Positions 11,634 to 20,059 are shown, numbered from the stretch's first letter. The stretch is DNA of 20,459 bases from an uncultured Janthinobacterium sp. (GCA_964658025.1 CAZZXB010000048.1:1-20459), one strand, 5' to 3'. A program made the numbers and translations. The notes: generated from the sequence alone by a model not told the origin.

Positions 11634-12794
11634 TCACGGGCGCGCGCCCGGCTTCGTCGCGTCTCGCGCGAAGCGTCTCGGCGAGAGAAAATCGATGTCG
11701 AACCGCGTGCCGCCGTCCGCCACGAGATCCGCGACGATCTCGCCGACGACGGGCGCGAATTTGAAGCCGTGGCCCGAGAACCCGCCGACGATGATGACGT
11801 CGTCGTTCGCCGCGTGCGCGCCGATCGCGAAATGCTCGTCCGGAGTCATATCGTACGCGCAGACGGACGCGCCGAGCACCGTCGCCCCGGCTCCCGGGAT
11901 CAGCGTCTGCAACGCCGCTCGGACGGGCGAGACGTCGGCGTCGGAGATCGTTCGATCCATCGCATCGAGCGTCGTCACGGCGCCGCCCTTATGGAACGAC
12001 GCCTTCACGCCGTCGCCGACGTCGGGAAATCCGTAGAGCATCCCCGGCACCTCGGCCCGTTCGAGGAGAAACGCGGGGCATCGCGCCGGAGAGACGTCCG
12101 TGCGACGGTCGGGAGCGAACCAGATCTGCACCTTTCGGGTGACGGCGATCTCGATGCCGAGCGCCTCGGCTCGCGAGGCGAGCCACGAACCGCCGCAGAG
12201 CGCGAGCTTGCGCACGCGAACGCGCTCGCCGTTCCCCAGACGCAGTTCGAGATGCTTCGAAGGATCGAGCGCGTAGTCGATCGCGCGAACGTCGAAGCGC
12301 GCGCGTCCTCCGGCGGCGATCCCCGACGCGAGCTGCGCGCCGATCGCCGCTTCGGGTCGCAGAAAGCCGCCGTCGGCTTCGAATACGCCGAGCTCGTCCG
12401 GTAACGGCCGCATCATCGGAAACGCGCGGCGGAGTTCGAGGGAATCGAAAACGCGAATCGGGAGATCGTGCCGCTCGGCGCTCGCGCGAACGCCCCGAAC
12501 CGTCGCGCCGGTTTCGGATCCGACGACGAGCACGCCCGTCTTCCGTAGGATGGACTCGCCGGATCGCCGCTCGAGATCGGTCCACAGCTCGTAGGCGCGC
12601 ACGATCAGCGGGACGTACGCCGGATCCTCGAAATACGCTTTCCGAATCATGCGCGCTTTGCCGTGCGACGATCCGAACGCATGCGCGGGCGCGTACTGCT
12701 CGATGCCGAGCACGCTGAGCCCGCGACGGGATGCATGATCGAATACGGCACTCCCCATCGCACCGAGTCCGACGATACCGAGATCGAAGATCAT
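11634..12794 (-). CDS. solA: N-methyl-L-tryptophan oxidase / monomeric sarcosine oxidase family flavoenzyme
   Basis: IVGLGAMGS FAD-binding motif, GSSHGKARMIRKAYFEDPAY, YGFP, CAYDMTPDEHF (covalent-FAD Cys position), GFSGHGFKF. ATG 12794 chosen because GAGG lies 7 nt upstream. Confidence 0.92.
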   Translation of the reverse strand: MIFDLGIVGLGAMGSAVFDHASRRGLSVLGIEQYAPAHAFGSSHGKARMIRKAYFEDPAYVPLIVRAYELWTDLERRSGESILRKTGVLVVGSETGATVRGVRASAERHDLPIRVFDSLELRRAFPMMRPLPDELGVFEADGGFLRPEAAIGAQLASGIAAGGRARFDVRAIDYALDPSKHLELRLGNGERVRVRKLALCGGSWLASRAEALGIEIAVTRKVQIWFAPDRRTDVSPARCPAFLLERAEVPGMLYGFPDVGDGVKASFHKGGAVTTLDAMDRTISDADVSPVRAALQTLIPGAGATVLGASVCAYDMTPDEHFAIGAHAANDDVIIVGGFSGHGFKFAPVVGEIVADLVADGGTRFDIDFLSPRRFARDATKPGARP

Positions 12795-12925
12795 CCCCAC
12801 GCCTCACGACGGCACGCGAGATCTCGAGCCGCGCGCTCCGACGTACCGCCGTGCCGACGATCGTACGGCGGACGACGCGGCGGCCGTACGAAACGCACGA
12901 CGTCGGCTTCGCGAAACCGAATCCG

Positions 12926-12977
12926 ATTATAGGCGCTTTCGGGCGCGCGAACATGGCCCCGCAGGGGGGCAAAAAAA
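12926..12977 (-). promoter_or_regulatory. Putative activator-dependent promoter of solA: TATAAT -10 (12931-12926) plus palindrome GCCCC-N5-GGGGC (12956-12970) and A-tract
   Basis: Perfect TATAAT in a very GC-rich background, no good -35 (ATGTTC at 17 nt spacing), palindrome centre 32 nt upstream of the -10 start. The same layout recurs at 18225-18277. Confidence 0.7.
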
Positions 12978-13056
12978 GGGGGCCGACCGCCTCGCACGGC
13001 AGTCGTCATCCGTGTTTCATCGCGCACGATGAAGTCGTGCGGAGACGGTAGTACGG

Positions 13057-14802
13057 ATGGACGTTCAAAGCGTGGAGCGGTTCGATCGCGAGCCATGGCA
13101 GCCCGATGCGGCGGACGACGTCCGCGAGCGGATCGCCGCTTGCGTTTCGCGTCGGGAGGATGCCGAAGCGGTCGCCCTCGCTTCCGCCGCGGCGAAACGA
13201 CGGATCACGCTCGGCGACCATCGATCCGCGCTCGAATTCGTGGAGACGGCGGCCGCGATCGCGGCGGCTCCGACGCCGCTCGACGTGATGCTCCTTCGCG
13301 GCAAGGCGTTGACGATCGCCGGCCGAGTCGGCGAAGCGTTCGAAGCCTTGGAGCGCGTCTCTCGCGAGGCCGCGAGCGACGATCCCGAGCGTGCGGCCGA
13401 CGCCCTCGATTGGCTCTCGTGGCTCGCCTGGATCGAACTCGACGGCGAGCGCGCGCGAACCTACGACGATCGACTCGAGACGCTCGCGGTTCCGAATTCG
13501 TCGGCCGAAGCGTTTCGAAGTTTTCTCCGGCGTGCGACGTCGACGTTGCAGTTCGGCGACGCACGCGCGGCGCTCGCCCTGCTCCTGCGAGCCGAGAACG
13601 TGAGCGAACTCGCCGACATCGGATCGTTCGTCTCGTACCTCGCGATCAAGGGCGACGTCCACGGAGCGCTCGGGGACGCGGCCCTGCACGTCCATCACGC
13701 GAAGTTGGCGTTCGACATCTGCCGGAGCCGCGCGGATCGCTACGTCCTGTTGCGTGCGACGATCTACTACGGCTACGCGCTCCAGTCGAGCGGTCACGTC
13801 TCGCAGTCGCGCGCGATCTACGAGGAAGGCCTCGCGCTCGCCGAAGCGTTGCAGCTCACGTGGGAGGGTCCGTTTTGCGCGAGTCGTGCCGCGTGGGCCG
13901 CCTATCTCACGGGCGATCTCGAAGGCGCGACGCGACTCGTCGCCCGCGCGTTCCGAAGTTCCGCGACGCATCGTTGGATGTACGCCACGCGGTCGTGGGT
14001 CGGACTCTCGATCGCGCTCGCGACGGACGACGCGGACCTGCGCGGGCGGGCCGCCGACGACGTCGTGCCGGCGCTCGTGCTGCGGTCGTGCGACGATTAT
14101 TCGGTCGGCCCCGCGATCGCGACGTACGTCGACTACTACCTGCGTACCGGGAGGTCGGACGACGCGGGCGACCTGCTCGCCGCGGGGATCCGCCGCCTCT
14201 CGTCGCCCGATTGCGCGTGGATGTTGCTCCCGCTCGTCGCGACCTACGGCGATCCCGACGACGTCGCGCATGCGACGCGCCTGTTGGAACGCTTTCCCGC
14301 GGAGCATCCCGTCGCCGCGGCACACCGACTTCTCTTCGCGTCGCGCCTGGCGGCTCGCGCGGGCGAGTCGGCGAAGGCGGAGCGCCTCGCCGGTGAGGCG
14401 CAGTATTTTTTCGAGCGCATCGAGTGGACGTACGCGGCGGTGCGATGCATCGAGCTCTCGGGCCGGATCGGCGAGGCGCGGCGTCGCTTCGAAACGATGG
14501 GCGCTTCGTACGAAGCGCGGCGCCTCGCCGACCTGCGCGCGCGGCCGGGTCGTCCGCGTCGCGGATACGAACGGAGTCGCCAACGTACGCTGATCCTCGA
14601 TCTGCTCGCGCACGGGGCGACGAACCAGATCGTCGCCGATCGCTTGGGCGTTTCGCGGCGGACGATCAAGAATCGCATTCGCGAGCTCTACGATGCCGAA
14701 GGCGTCGCGAATCGCGAAGAGCTGTTGCGGCGACACGGCCACAAGGGCGTCGGCCGTGCGGATTCGGAAGCGACGGACGGCGCGGACGCGACCGGATTAT
14801 AG
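13057..14802 (+). CDS. Large LuxR-family transcriptional regulator (helical/TPR-like N-terminal region, C-terminal HTH)
   Basis: C-terminal RQRTLILDLLAHGATNQIVADRLGVSRRTIKNRIRELY matches the LuxR/GerE HTH pattern. Ala/Leu-rich helical repeats upstream; no Walker A or receiver motif seen. Confidence 0.85.
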   Translation: MDVQSVERFDREPWQPDAADDVRERIAACVSRREDAEAVALASAAAKRRITLGDHRSALEFVETAAAIAAAPTPLDVMLLRGKALTIAGRVGEAFEALERVSREAASDDPERAADALDWLSWLAWIELDGERARTYDDRLETLAVPNSSAEAFRSFLRRATSTLQFGDARAALALLLRAENVSELADIGSFVSYLAIKGDVHGALGDAALHVHHAKLAFDICRSRADRYVLLRATIYYGYALQSSGHVSQSRAIYEEGLALAEALQLTWEGPFCASRAAWAAYLTGDLEGATRLVARAFRSSATHRWMYATRSWVGLSIALATDDADLRGRAADDVVPALVLRSCDDYSVGPAIATYVDYYLRTGRSDDAGDLLAAGIRRLSSPDCAWMLLPLVATYGDPDDVAHATRLLERFPAEHPVAAAHRLLFASRLAARAGESAKAERLAGEAQYFFERIEWTYAAVRCIELSGRIGEARRRFETMGASYEARRLADLRARPGRPRRGYERSRQRTLILDLLAHGATNQIVADRLGVSRRTIKNRIRELYDAEGVANREELLRRHGHKGVGRADSEATDGADATGL

Positions 14803-16770
14803 GGAGCGCCCGACCTTCGCGCCCTCCGCGATCGCGTGTCGGAGATGCCGCGGCGCCGCCGCATCGCCGATGATGTGGACGTCGGGCCGTCCGCCGGGCG
14901 CGGCCGAGCGTGCGACGAACGCGTTGTACAGCGCATCGTTGCCGACGCCGCCCGCCGCGACGACGACCGCATCGACCGAAATTTCGCGTTCCGCCTCGGT
15001 GAGGACGTGACGGACGCGGACGGCTCCCGGGTCGATGCGCACCGCGGCCGTCATCGGCGTGATCGTGACGCCCGCGCGGAGCAGTCGCTCGAGGAGCGCC
15101 GCGCGGAGCGTCGTTCCGATCGTCTCGCCGAGCGAATACTGTTGCGTGACGATCTCCACCGAACAGCCGCGCCGCACGAGAAAATCGGCCGTTTTGGGAC
15201 CGATCGTGTAACCCGTCTCGTCGATGAGGAGCACGCGCGATCCCGCCAACTCGACGCGCCCCGCGAGGACGTCCGCCGCGGTGAAGACGCCGTCGCCGTC
15301 GCTTCCGGGGACGTACGACCGGCGAGCCGTCGCGCCCGTGGCGAAAACGTACGCGTCCGCCGCCTCCGCGTCGAGGAGTTCGGCCGTCGCTTCGTATCCG
15401 AGACTCACCTCGACGCCGTGCCGATCGATCTCCGCCCCGAGCCAGTCGATCACCGTGCGGTAATTCTCCCATCCCGGCGCCCGCGACGCGAAGCGGATCG
15501 CGCCGCCGACCTCGCGCTCTCTCTCGAACAACTTGACGCGGTGACCGCGTTGCGCGGCGATGCGAGCCGTCTCCATGCCGGCGGGGCCGGCGCCGACGAC
15601 GGCGATGCGGCGCGGTTCGTCGACCGCGGCGAGCGCGCCGCCCCACATCGTCTCTCGCCCGATCACGGCGTTCTGAACGCAGCGCACGGTCGCTCCGAAA
15701 TAGAGTCGGTCGATGCAGCCTTCTCCCGATCCCATGCAGACGCGCACCTCGTCGCGCCGTCCGCCCGAACTCTTCGCCGGTAACTCGGGATCGGCGATCA
15801 ACGCACGCGTCATGCCGACGAAGTCGGCGGCGCCGCTCGCGAGCACGGATTCGGCGTCTTCGGGCGTGACGATGCGGCCGGTCACGACGAGCTTCGTCGC
15901 GACTACCGCGCGGAGTTTCGCCGCGAGATCGACGAACGTCTTGAGCGGATAGTACGCCGACGGGATCGTCACGCCGCGCGCGCGATACGTTTCGATCGTT
16001 CCGCCGACGACGGTGAAGTAGTCGAGCTTTCCGAGACGATCGAGGCGCCGGACGATTTCGAACGATTCGTCCGGCGTCAGCCCCGGTGCGGTGCGATCGT
16101 CGCCCGACACGCGCGCGCCGACGATGAAATCGCGCCCCACCGTCTCCCGAATCGCATCGACGACGTCGATGCTGAAGCGCATGCGATTTTCGAGCGATCC
16201 GCCGTACCGGTCTCCACGCTTATTGGTCGCCGGATTCCAGAACTGATCCGCGAGTTGGTCGTTATAGAACGCGAGGTCGCAGCCGTCGAACCCGCAGTCG
16301 GCGAGTCGTTTCGCCGACGTCGCGAAATCGCGGACGATCTGCTCGATCTCCGTGACCGTGAGGACGTGACAGATCTCGGGAGCGATCTGACTCCCGGTAT
16401 CGCTCGGACCGCTCCCGACGATATCCGCGTGCACGTACGTGCGCCGTCCGACGCTCGTGAGTTGCGACATCGCGAGCGCGCCGTGCGCCTTGACCGCCGC
16501 GGCGGCCTTGCGCAACTGCGGTTCGATCTCGGGCTTCCAGAGGTGGACGTGAAGCGGCGGCTGGGCGCCGATCGGCGTCGCGGAAGCACTGCCGAACATC
16601 TGCACGATCCCGCACCCGCCCGCAGCCTTCGCGGCGTGGTACGCGATCAACGCATCGGAAGGCGAACCATCGGGGTCGGCGAGGTTGGTGCCGTGACTCG
16701 TCGAGACGATACGGTTTCGCGCTTCGCGCGCGCCGAGCGTTCCGGGCGAGAAGAGTAACGGGTACGACAT
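14797..16770 (-). CDS. NADH:flavin oxidoreductase (OYE barrel, Fe-S linker, FAD domain), DgcA/StcD N-demethylase-like
   Basis: LLFSPGTLG..RNRIVSTSH, YHAAKAAGGCG, DQFWNPATNKRGDRYGGSLENRMRF, GRIVTP, DFVGMTRALIADP, CMGSGEGCIDR...CVQN, IAVVGAGPAGME, IIGDAAAPR. ATG 16770 chosen for the AGGAG SD 9 nt upstream. The 3' end overlaps the regulator's 3' end by 6 nt. Confidence 0.9.
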   Translation of the reverse strand: MSYPLLFSPGTLGAREARNRIVSTSHGTNLADPDGSPSDALIAYHAAKAAGGCGIVQMFGSASATPIGAQPPLHVHLWKPEIEPQLRKAAAAVKAHGALAMSQLTSVGRRTYVHADIVGSGPSDTGSQIAPEICHVLTVTEIEQIVRDFATSAKRLADCGFDGCDLAFYNDQLADQFWNPATNKRGDRYGGSLENRMRFSIDVVDAIRETVGRDFIVGARVSGDDRTAPGLTPDESFEIVRRLDRLGKLDYFTVVGGTIETYRARGVTIPSAYYPLKTFVDLAAKLRAVVATKLVVTGRIVTPEDAESVLASGAADFVGMTRALIADPELPAKSSGGRRDEVRVCMGSGEGCIDRLYFGATVRCVQNAVIGRETMWGGALAAVDEPRRIAVVGAGPAGMETARIAAQRGHRVKLFEREREVGGAIRFASRAPGWENYRTVIDWLGAEIDRHGVEVSLGYEATAELLDAEAADAYVFATGATARRSYVPGSDGDGVFTAADVLAGRVELAGSRVLLIDETGYTIGPKTADFLVRRGCSVEIVTQQYSLGETIGTTLRAALLERLLRAGVTITPMTAAVRIDPGAVRVRHVLTEAEREISVDAVVVAAGGVGNDALYNAFVARSAAPGGRPDVHIIGDAAAPRHLRHAIAEGAKVGRSL

Positions 16771-16885
16771 GTCGTGGTGCTCCTGAGATCGCGCATCGCT
16801 CATTCGTCGGGATCCGTGGGCTTGGAAGCGTCGCCGAAGACGTCGCGGCGTCGGCTCGGGATCGAGGGCTCCGCGGCCCGTGCGC

Positions 16886-18097
16886 TCACATCGCGCGTCG
16901 CTCGCGACGCGTGCGGATGAACGGTAAGGTGCATACCGCGATGCCGAGCAGACAGAGCACCGAGACGAGCGACGCCGCCGCGAGCCCCTGCCGATCGATC
17001 GCCAGACCGACGACCGCGCTACCGACGGCGCTCCCGATCGCGGAGACGGACGTGGCGCCCGACGTCAGCGGCGCGTTCGCGGAGACGAGCGCGGCGTACA
17101 GATAGCACACGAGAAACGTCCATCCCGCCTGCAACGACGCGGCGTACGCGAAGAAGACGGACATCGAGTACGGTCCCGATACGATGCCGAACGTGAGAGC
17201 GATTTCGAGCGCGATCGCGGCGGCGATCGTCAACGCGATCCCGGCCCGATCGTGGAGCAGATACGCCGCCGCCGGACCGGCCGCACTCGCGACGGCCGCG
17301 AGCGAGAGGACGTCGAGCGCCTGCGCCGAGGTCAGGTGCGCGGTCGTCTGCCCGATCGTGCCCAAGAACGAGAACATCCCGGCTTGAAAGATGCTGAACG
17401 GCAGGAACGCGAGTAAGAACGGGAGGCCGTCCGGAAACGTTTTCTCCACGTCGAGCGGGTTCGCCGCGTCGCCGCCGCGCGTCGCGTCCGCGAACGACGG
17501 ATCGGTCTGCGTCGGCCAACGCCGCGGTAAGACGCCGAGCGACGGGATGAGCGAGAGCGGCCCGAGCGCCAAGAGCGCGTAGAGACCGCCGAGGCCGAAA
17601 CGCTTCGCGAGCGAGGCCGCGAGCGCGAGGGCGACCGCCGCCGCGAGAATCTGCGCGAAGGTCGTGATCGCGACGACCCGATCGGGAGCGGCGCTGTTCG
17701 CTAAAAACGCCGTGAACACGCCGGCGAGCAGGCCCGCGCCGATACCCGCCGCCGCACGGGCGATGCAGATCGCCCCGAAGTCGCCGAGCGGTAGGCATCC
17801 GAGGTTCGCGACCACGAGGACGACGAGCGCCGAGAGCGCGACCGTCCGCCAATCCCACCGCTTCTGCCAATAGATCGCGCTCGCCGAAGCGAGCGCGAAC
17901 GCACCGAGTTCGACCGAGGCGACCTCGCCCAATCGCGTGTCGCTCCAGTGGAATCGCGCACTCCACCCCGCGAAGAGCGCCGGCGTGATCGAGAGCGCCA
18001 ACACGCCCGCGACGAAGAGCGCGCTCACGTACGCGACGCGTCCCGGGGAATCGAACGCTTCCGACCGAGGTGACCCGTCGGCGCGACGTCGTCTCAT
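16886..18097 (-). CDS. MFS transporter
   Basis: About 12 hydrophobic segments in two halves with a hydrophilic central loop; ARAAAGIGAG motif B-like. ATG 18097 has GAGGT 7 nt upstream. The longer ORF-track start lies inside the promoter region. Confidence 0.85.
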   Translation of the reverse strand: MRRRRADGSPRSEAFDSPGRVAYVSALFVAGVLALSITPALFAGWSARFHWSDTRLGEVASVELGAFALASASAIYWQKRWDWRTVALSALVVLVVANLGCLPLGDFGAICIARAAAGIGAGLLAGVFTAFLANSAAPDRVVAITTFAQILAAAVALALAASLAKRFGLGGLYALLALGPLSLIPSLGVLPRRWPTQTDPSFADATRGGDAANPLDVEKTFPDGLPFLLAFLPFSIFQAGMFSFLGTIGQTTAHLTSAQALDVLSLAAVASAAGPAAAYLLHDRAGIALTIAAAIALEIALTFGIVSGPYSMSVFFAYAASLQAGWTFLVCYLYAALVSANAPLTSGATSVSAIGSAVGSAVVGLAIDRQGLAAASLVSVLCLLGIAVCTLPFIRTRRERRAM

Positions 18098-18224
18098 GAT
18101 CGATACCTCGCGTGCTCGACGCGGTCGCCCGCGTCGATCGGGATCGGTGTTCGTCGACGAATAACGCGGTCGCACACGAGATGATCCGCGAATGCGAAGA
18201 TGCCGCTCCGGAGAGCGTAGCTCC

Positions 18225-18277
18225 ATTGTAGACGTGCCGACGCCGCTCCGAAAAGGTCCCGGCGCGGGGCACAAAAC
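18225..18277 (-). promoter_or_regulatory. Putative activator-dependent promoter of the MFS-oxidoreductase unit: TACAAT -10 (18230-18225) plus GTCCC-N5-GGGGC (18256-18270) and A-rich tract
   Basis: 17/23 identity to 12955-12977; palindrome centre 33 nt upstream of the -10 start; poor -35. Confidence 0.65.
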
Positions 18278-18357
18278 TCCGCCGAGCGCACGCGCGCGTC
18301 GCGCGTCTAGGAATGCGTCGCGGCGGCGCTAAAAGGCACCCCACCACTCCGTGGCAC

Positions 18358-18363
18358 TACGAT
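18358..18363 (+). promoter_or_regulatory. Possible -10 element (TACGAT) for the trehalase gene
   Basis: TANNNT box 15 nt upstream of the GTG start, followed by an AAGGA SD; no clear -35. Confidence 0.35.
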
Positions 18364-18378
18364 CCACAAGGACGCATC

Positions 18379-19992
18379 GTGTTCGAAAAAAATCTTTCCC
18401 GTGTTTTGAGGATGGCGGGTGTCGCCTTTGCGATGCTCGGGCTCGCCCTCCCGGCCTCCGCGCAGGTCGCGGCCGTTCGCGGAACCGCGACGGACGCGCC
18501 GCCCTCGATCCTCTTCGGGCAACTCTTCCGCGACGTACAACTCGCGAGCGTGTTTCCCGATCAGAAAACGTTCTGCGATCTCATTCCGAAGCAGTCGCCC
18601 GCCGAGATCAATGCGGCGTACGCGGCCGAGCGCGGCAAACCCGGCTTCTCGCTCGCCGCATTCGTCGGCGCGCACTTTCGCGTGCAGTCGGGCGTCCCGG
18701 TCGTGTCGCCCGCGCCGGCGGGCGAATCCGCGAACGCCTACATCGCGGGGCTCTGGAACACGTTGCAGGAGCGGACGGCCGACGTGAACGGCAACGCGCC
18801 GTATACGTCGCTCTTACAGTTACCGCATCCGTTCGTCGTCCCCGGCGGCCGCTTCAGCGAGATGTATTACTGGGATAGTTACTTCACGATGCTCGGTCTC
18901 GAAGCCGACGACCGGCACGACGTCGTCGAGAACATGATCGCGGACTTCGCGTTCGAGATCGATCGATACGGCCACATCCCCAACGGCAACCGCACCTATT
19001 ACCTCAGCCGCTCGCAGCCGCCGTTCTTTTCGAAGATGGTCGATCTGCTCGCGCGACGCGACGGCGAGCGCGCCTACGTGCGCTATCTCCCCGAACTGCG
19101 GAGCGAATACGAATATTGGATGGCGGGCTCCGATCGCGTCGGAATCGGGCGCGCGTTCCGCAACGTCGTGCGGATGCCCGACGGCGCGGTACTCAATCGG
19201 TATTGGGACGAGCGCGACGTTCCGCGCGACGAATCGTATCTCGAGGACGTCATGACGGCGTCGACGACGACGCGGGCGCCGTCGCAGGTGTACCGCAATT
19301 TGCGCGCGACCGCCGAGTCCGGTTGGGATTTCAGTTCGCGTTGGCTCGCCGACGGGAAGACGCTCGCGACGGTCGAGACGCTCGACATCCTTCCGGTCGA
19401 TCTCAACAGCCTGCTCGAACATCTCGAGGAGACGCTCGCGCACGCGTACCGCGTGGAAGGCGATCGCGCCCTCGCCGCGCGTTTCGAGCGACGCGCCGAC
19501 GTGCGCGCCGCGGAGATCCGGCGGGTCTTCTGGGACGCGCGTCTCGGAATCTTCGGCGATTACCAATGGCAGCGCGGTCGCCTGACGGGTCGCCCGTCTG
19601 CCGCGACGATGTATCCGCTCTTCTTCGGCATCGCCTCGCGCGAGCAAGCGGCATCCGTAACGCGCGCGGTCGGCGCGCACTTCCTGGAACCCAACGGGAT
19701 GGCGACGACGCTCGTGAGCTCGATGCAACAGTGGGATCAACCCAACGGTTGGGCGCCGCTCCAGTACGTGACGGTCGAGGGACTCCGCCGCTACGGCGCG
19801 GACGCGCTCGCGAGAACGATCGCCGGGCGCTGGGTGAACGTCAACCTCGTCGTCTTCAATACGTCGCGCAAGTTCGTGGAAAAGTACGATCTGCTCACCG
19901 CGACCGGCGGCATGGGCGGCGAGTACACGACGCAGATCGGCTTCGGCTGGACGAACGGCGTCTTCCGCGCGTTCACCTCGCCGAGCCCCTAG
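18379..19992 (+). CDS. treA: Alpha,alpha-trehalase (GH37), exported
   Basis: FPDQKTFCD, VVPGGRFSEMYYWDSYF, GHIPNGNRTYYLSRSQPPF, AESGWDFSSRW (catalytic Asp), QQWDQPNGWAPLQ, EKYD, GGEY..QIGFGWTNG (catalytic Glu). GTG 18379 with an AAGGA SD gives a signal peptide ending ASA-Q. Confidence 0.96.
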   Translation: MFEKNLSRVLRMAGVAFAMLGLALPASAQVAAVRGTATDAPPSILFGQLFRDVQLASVFPDQKTFCDLIPKQSPAEINAAYAAERGKPGFSLAAFVGAHFRVQSGVPVVSPAPAGESANAYIAGLWNTLQERTADVNGNAPYTSLLQLPHPFVVPGGRFSEMYYWDSYFTMLGLEADDRHDVVENMIADFAFEIDRYGHIPNGNRTYYLSRSQPPFFSKMVDLLARRDGERAYVRYLPELRSEYEYWMAGSDRVGIGRAFRNVVRMPDGAVLNRYWDERDVPRDESYLEDVMTASTTTRAPSQVYRNLRATAESGWDFSSRWLADGKTLATVETLDILPVDLNSLLEHLEETLAHAYRVEGDRALAARFERRADVRAAEIRRVFWDARLGIFGDYQWQRGRLTGRPSAATMYPLFFGIASREQAASVTRAVGAHFLEPNGMATTLVSSMQQWDQPNGWAPLQYVTVEGLRRYGADALARTIAGRWVNVNLVVFNTSRKFVEKYDLLTATGGMGGEYTTQIGFGWTNGVFRAFTSPSP

Positions 19993-20000
19993 TCACGCGA

Positions 20001-20059
20001 CGCCGACGTACGCGCGATACGCTCCCGCTTCGCGGCGGACGTATCGCGCGTACGCGGCG
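20001..20059. terminator. Long hairpin between convergent treA and atpC; probable bidirectional terminator
   Basis: Perfect 15-bp inverted repeat CGTACGCGCGATACG (20007-20021) / CGTATCGCGCGTACG (20040-20054), extendable by CGCCG/CGGCG; no U-tract. Confidence 0.65.

Noticed and set aside
12791..13096. 101-aa minus-strand ORF in the solA-regulator gap
   Set aside because: Arg/Pro-rich, no SD or motif, runs through the promoter and operator, and overlaps the regulator start.
18098..18378. N-terminal extensions of the MFS (start 18274) and trehalase (start 18313) in the ORF track
   Set aside because: They cover promoter elements; downstream starts have SD sequences and give sensible N-termini.
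20001..20059. Hairpin as a MITE or REP element
   Set aside because: Single copy in the window with no target duplication; its position between convergent genes fits a terminator.
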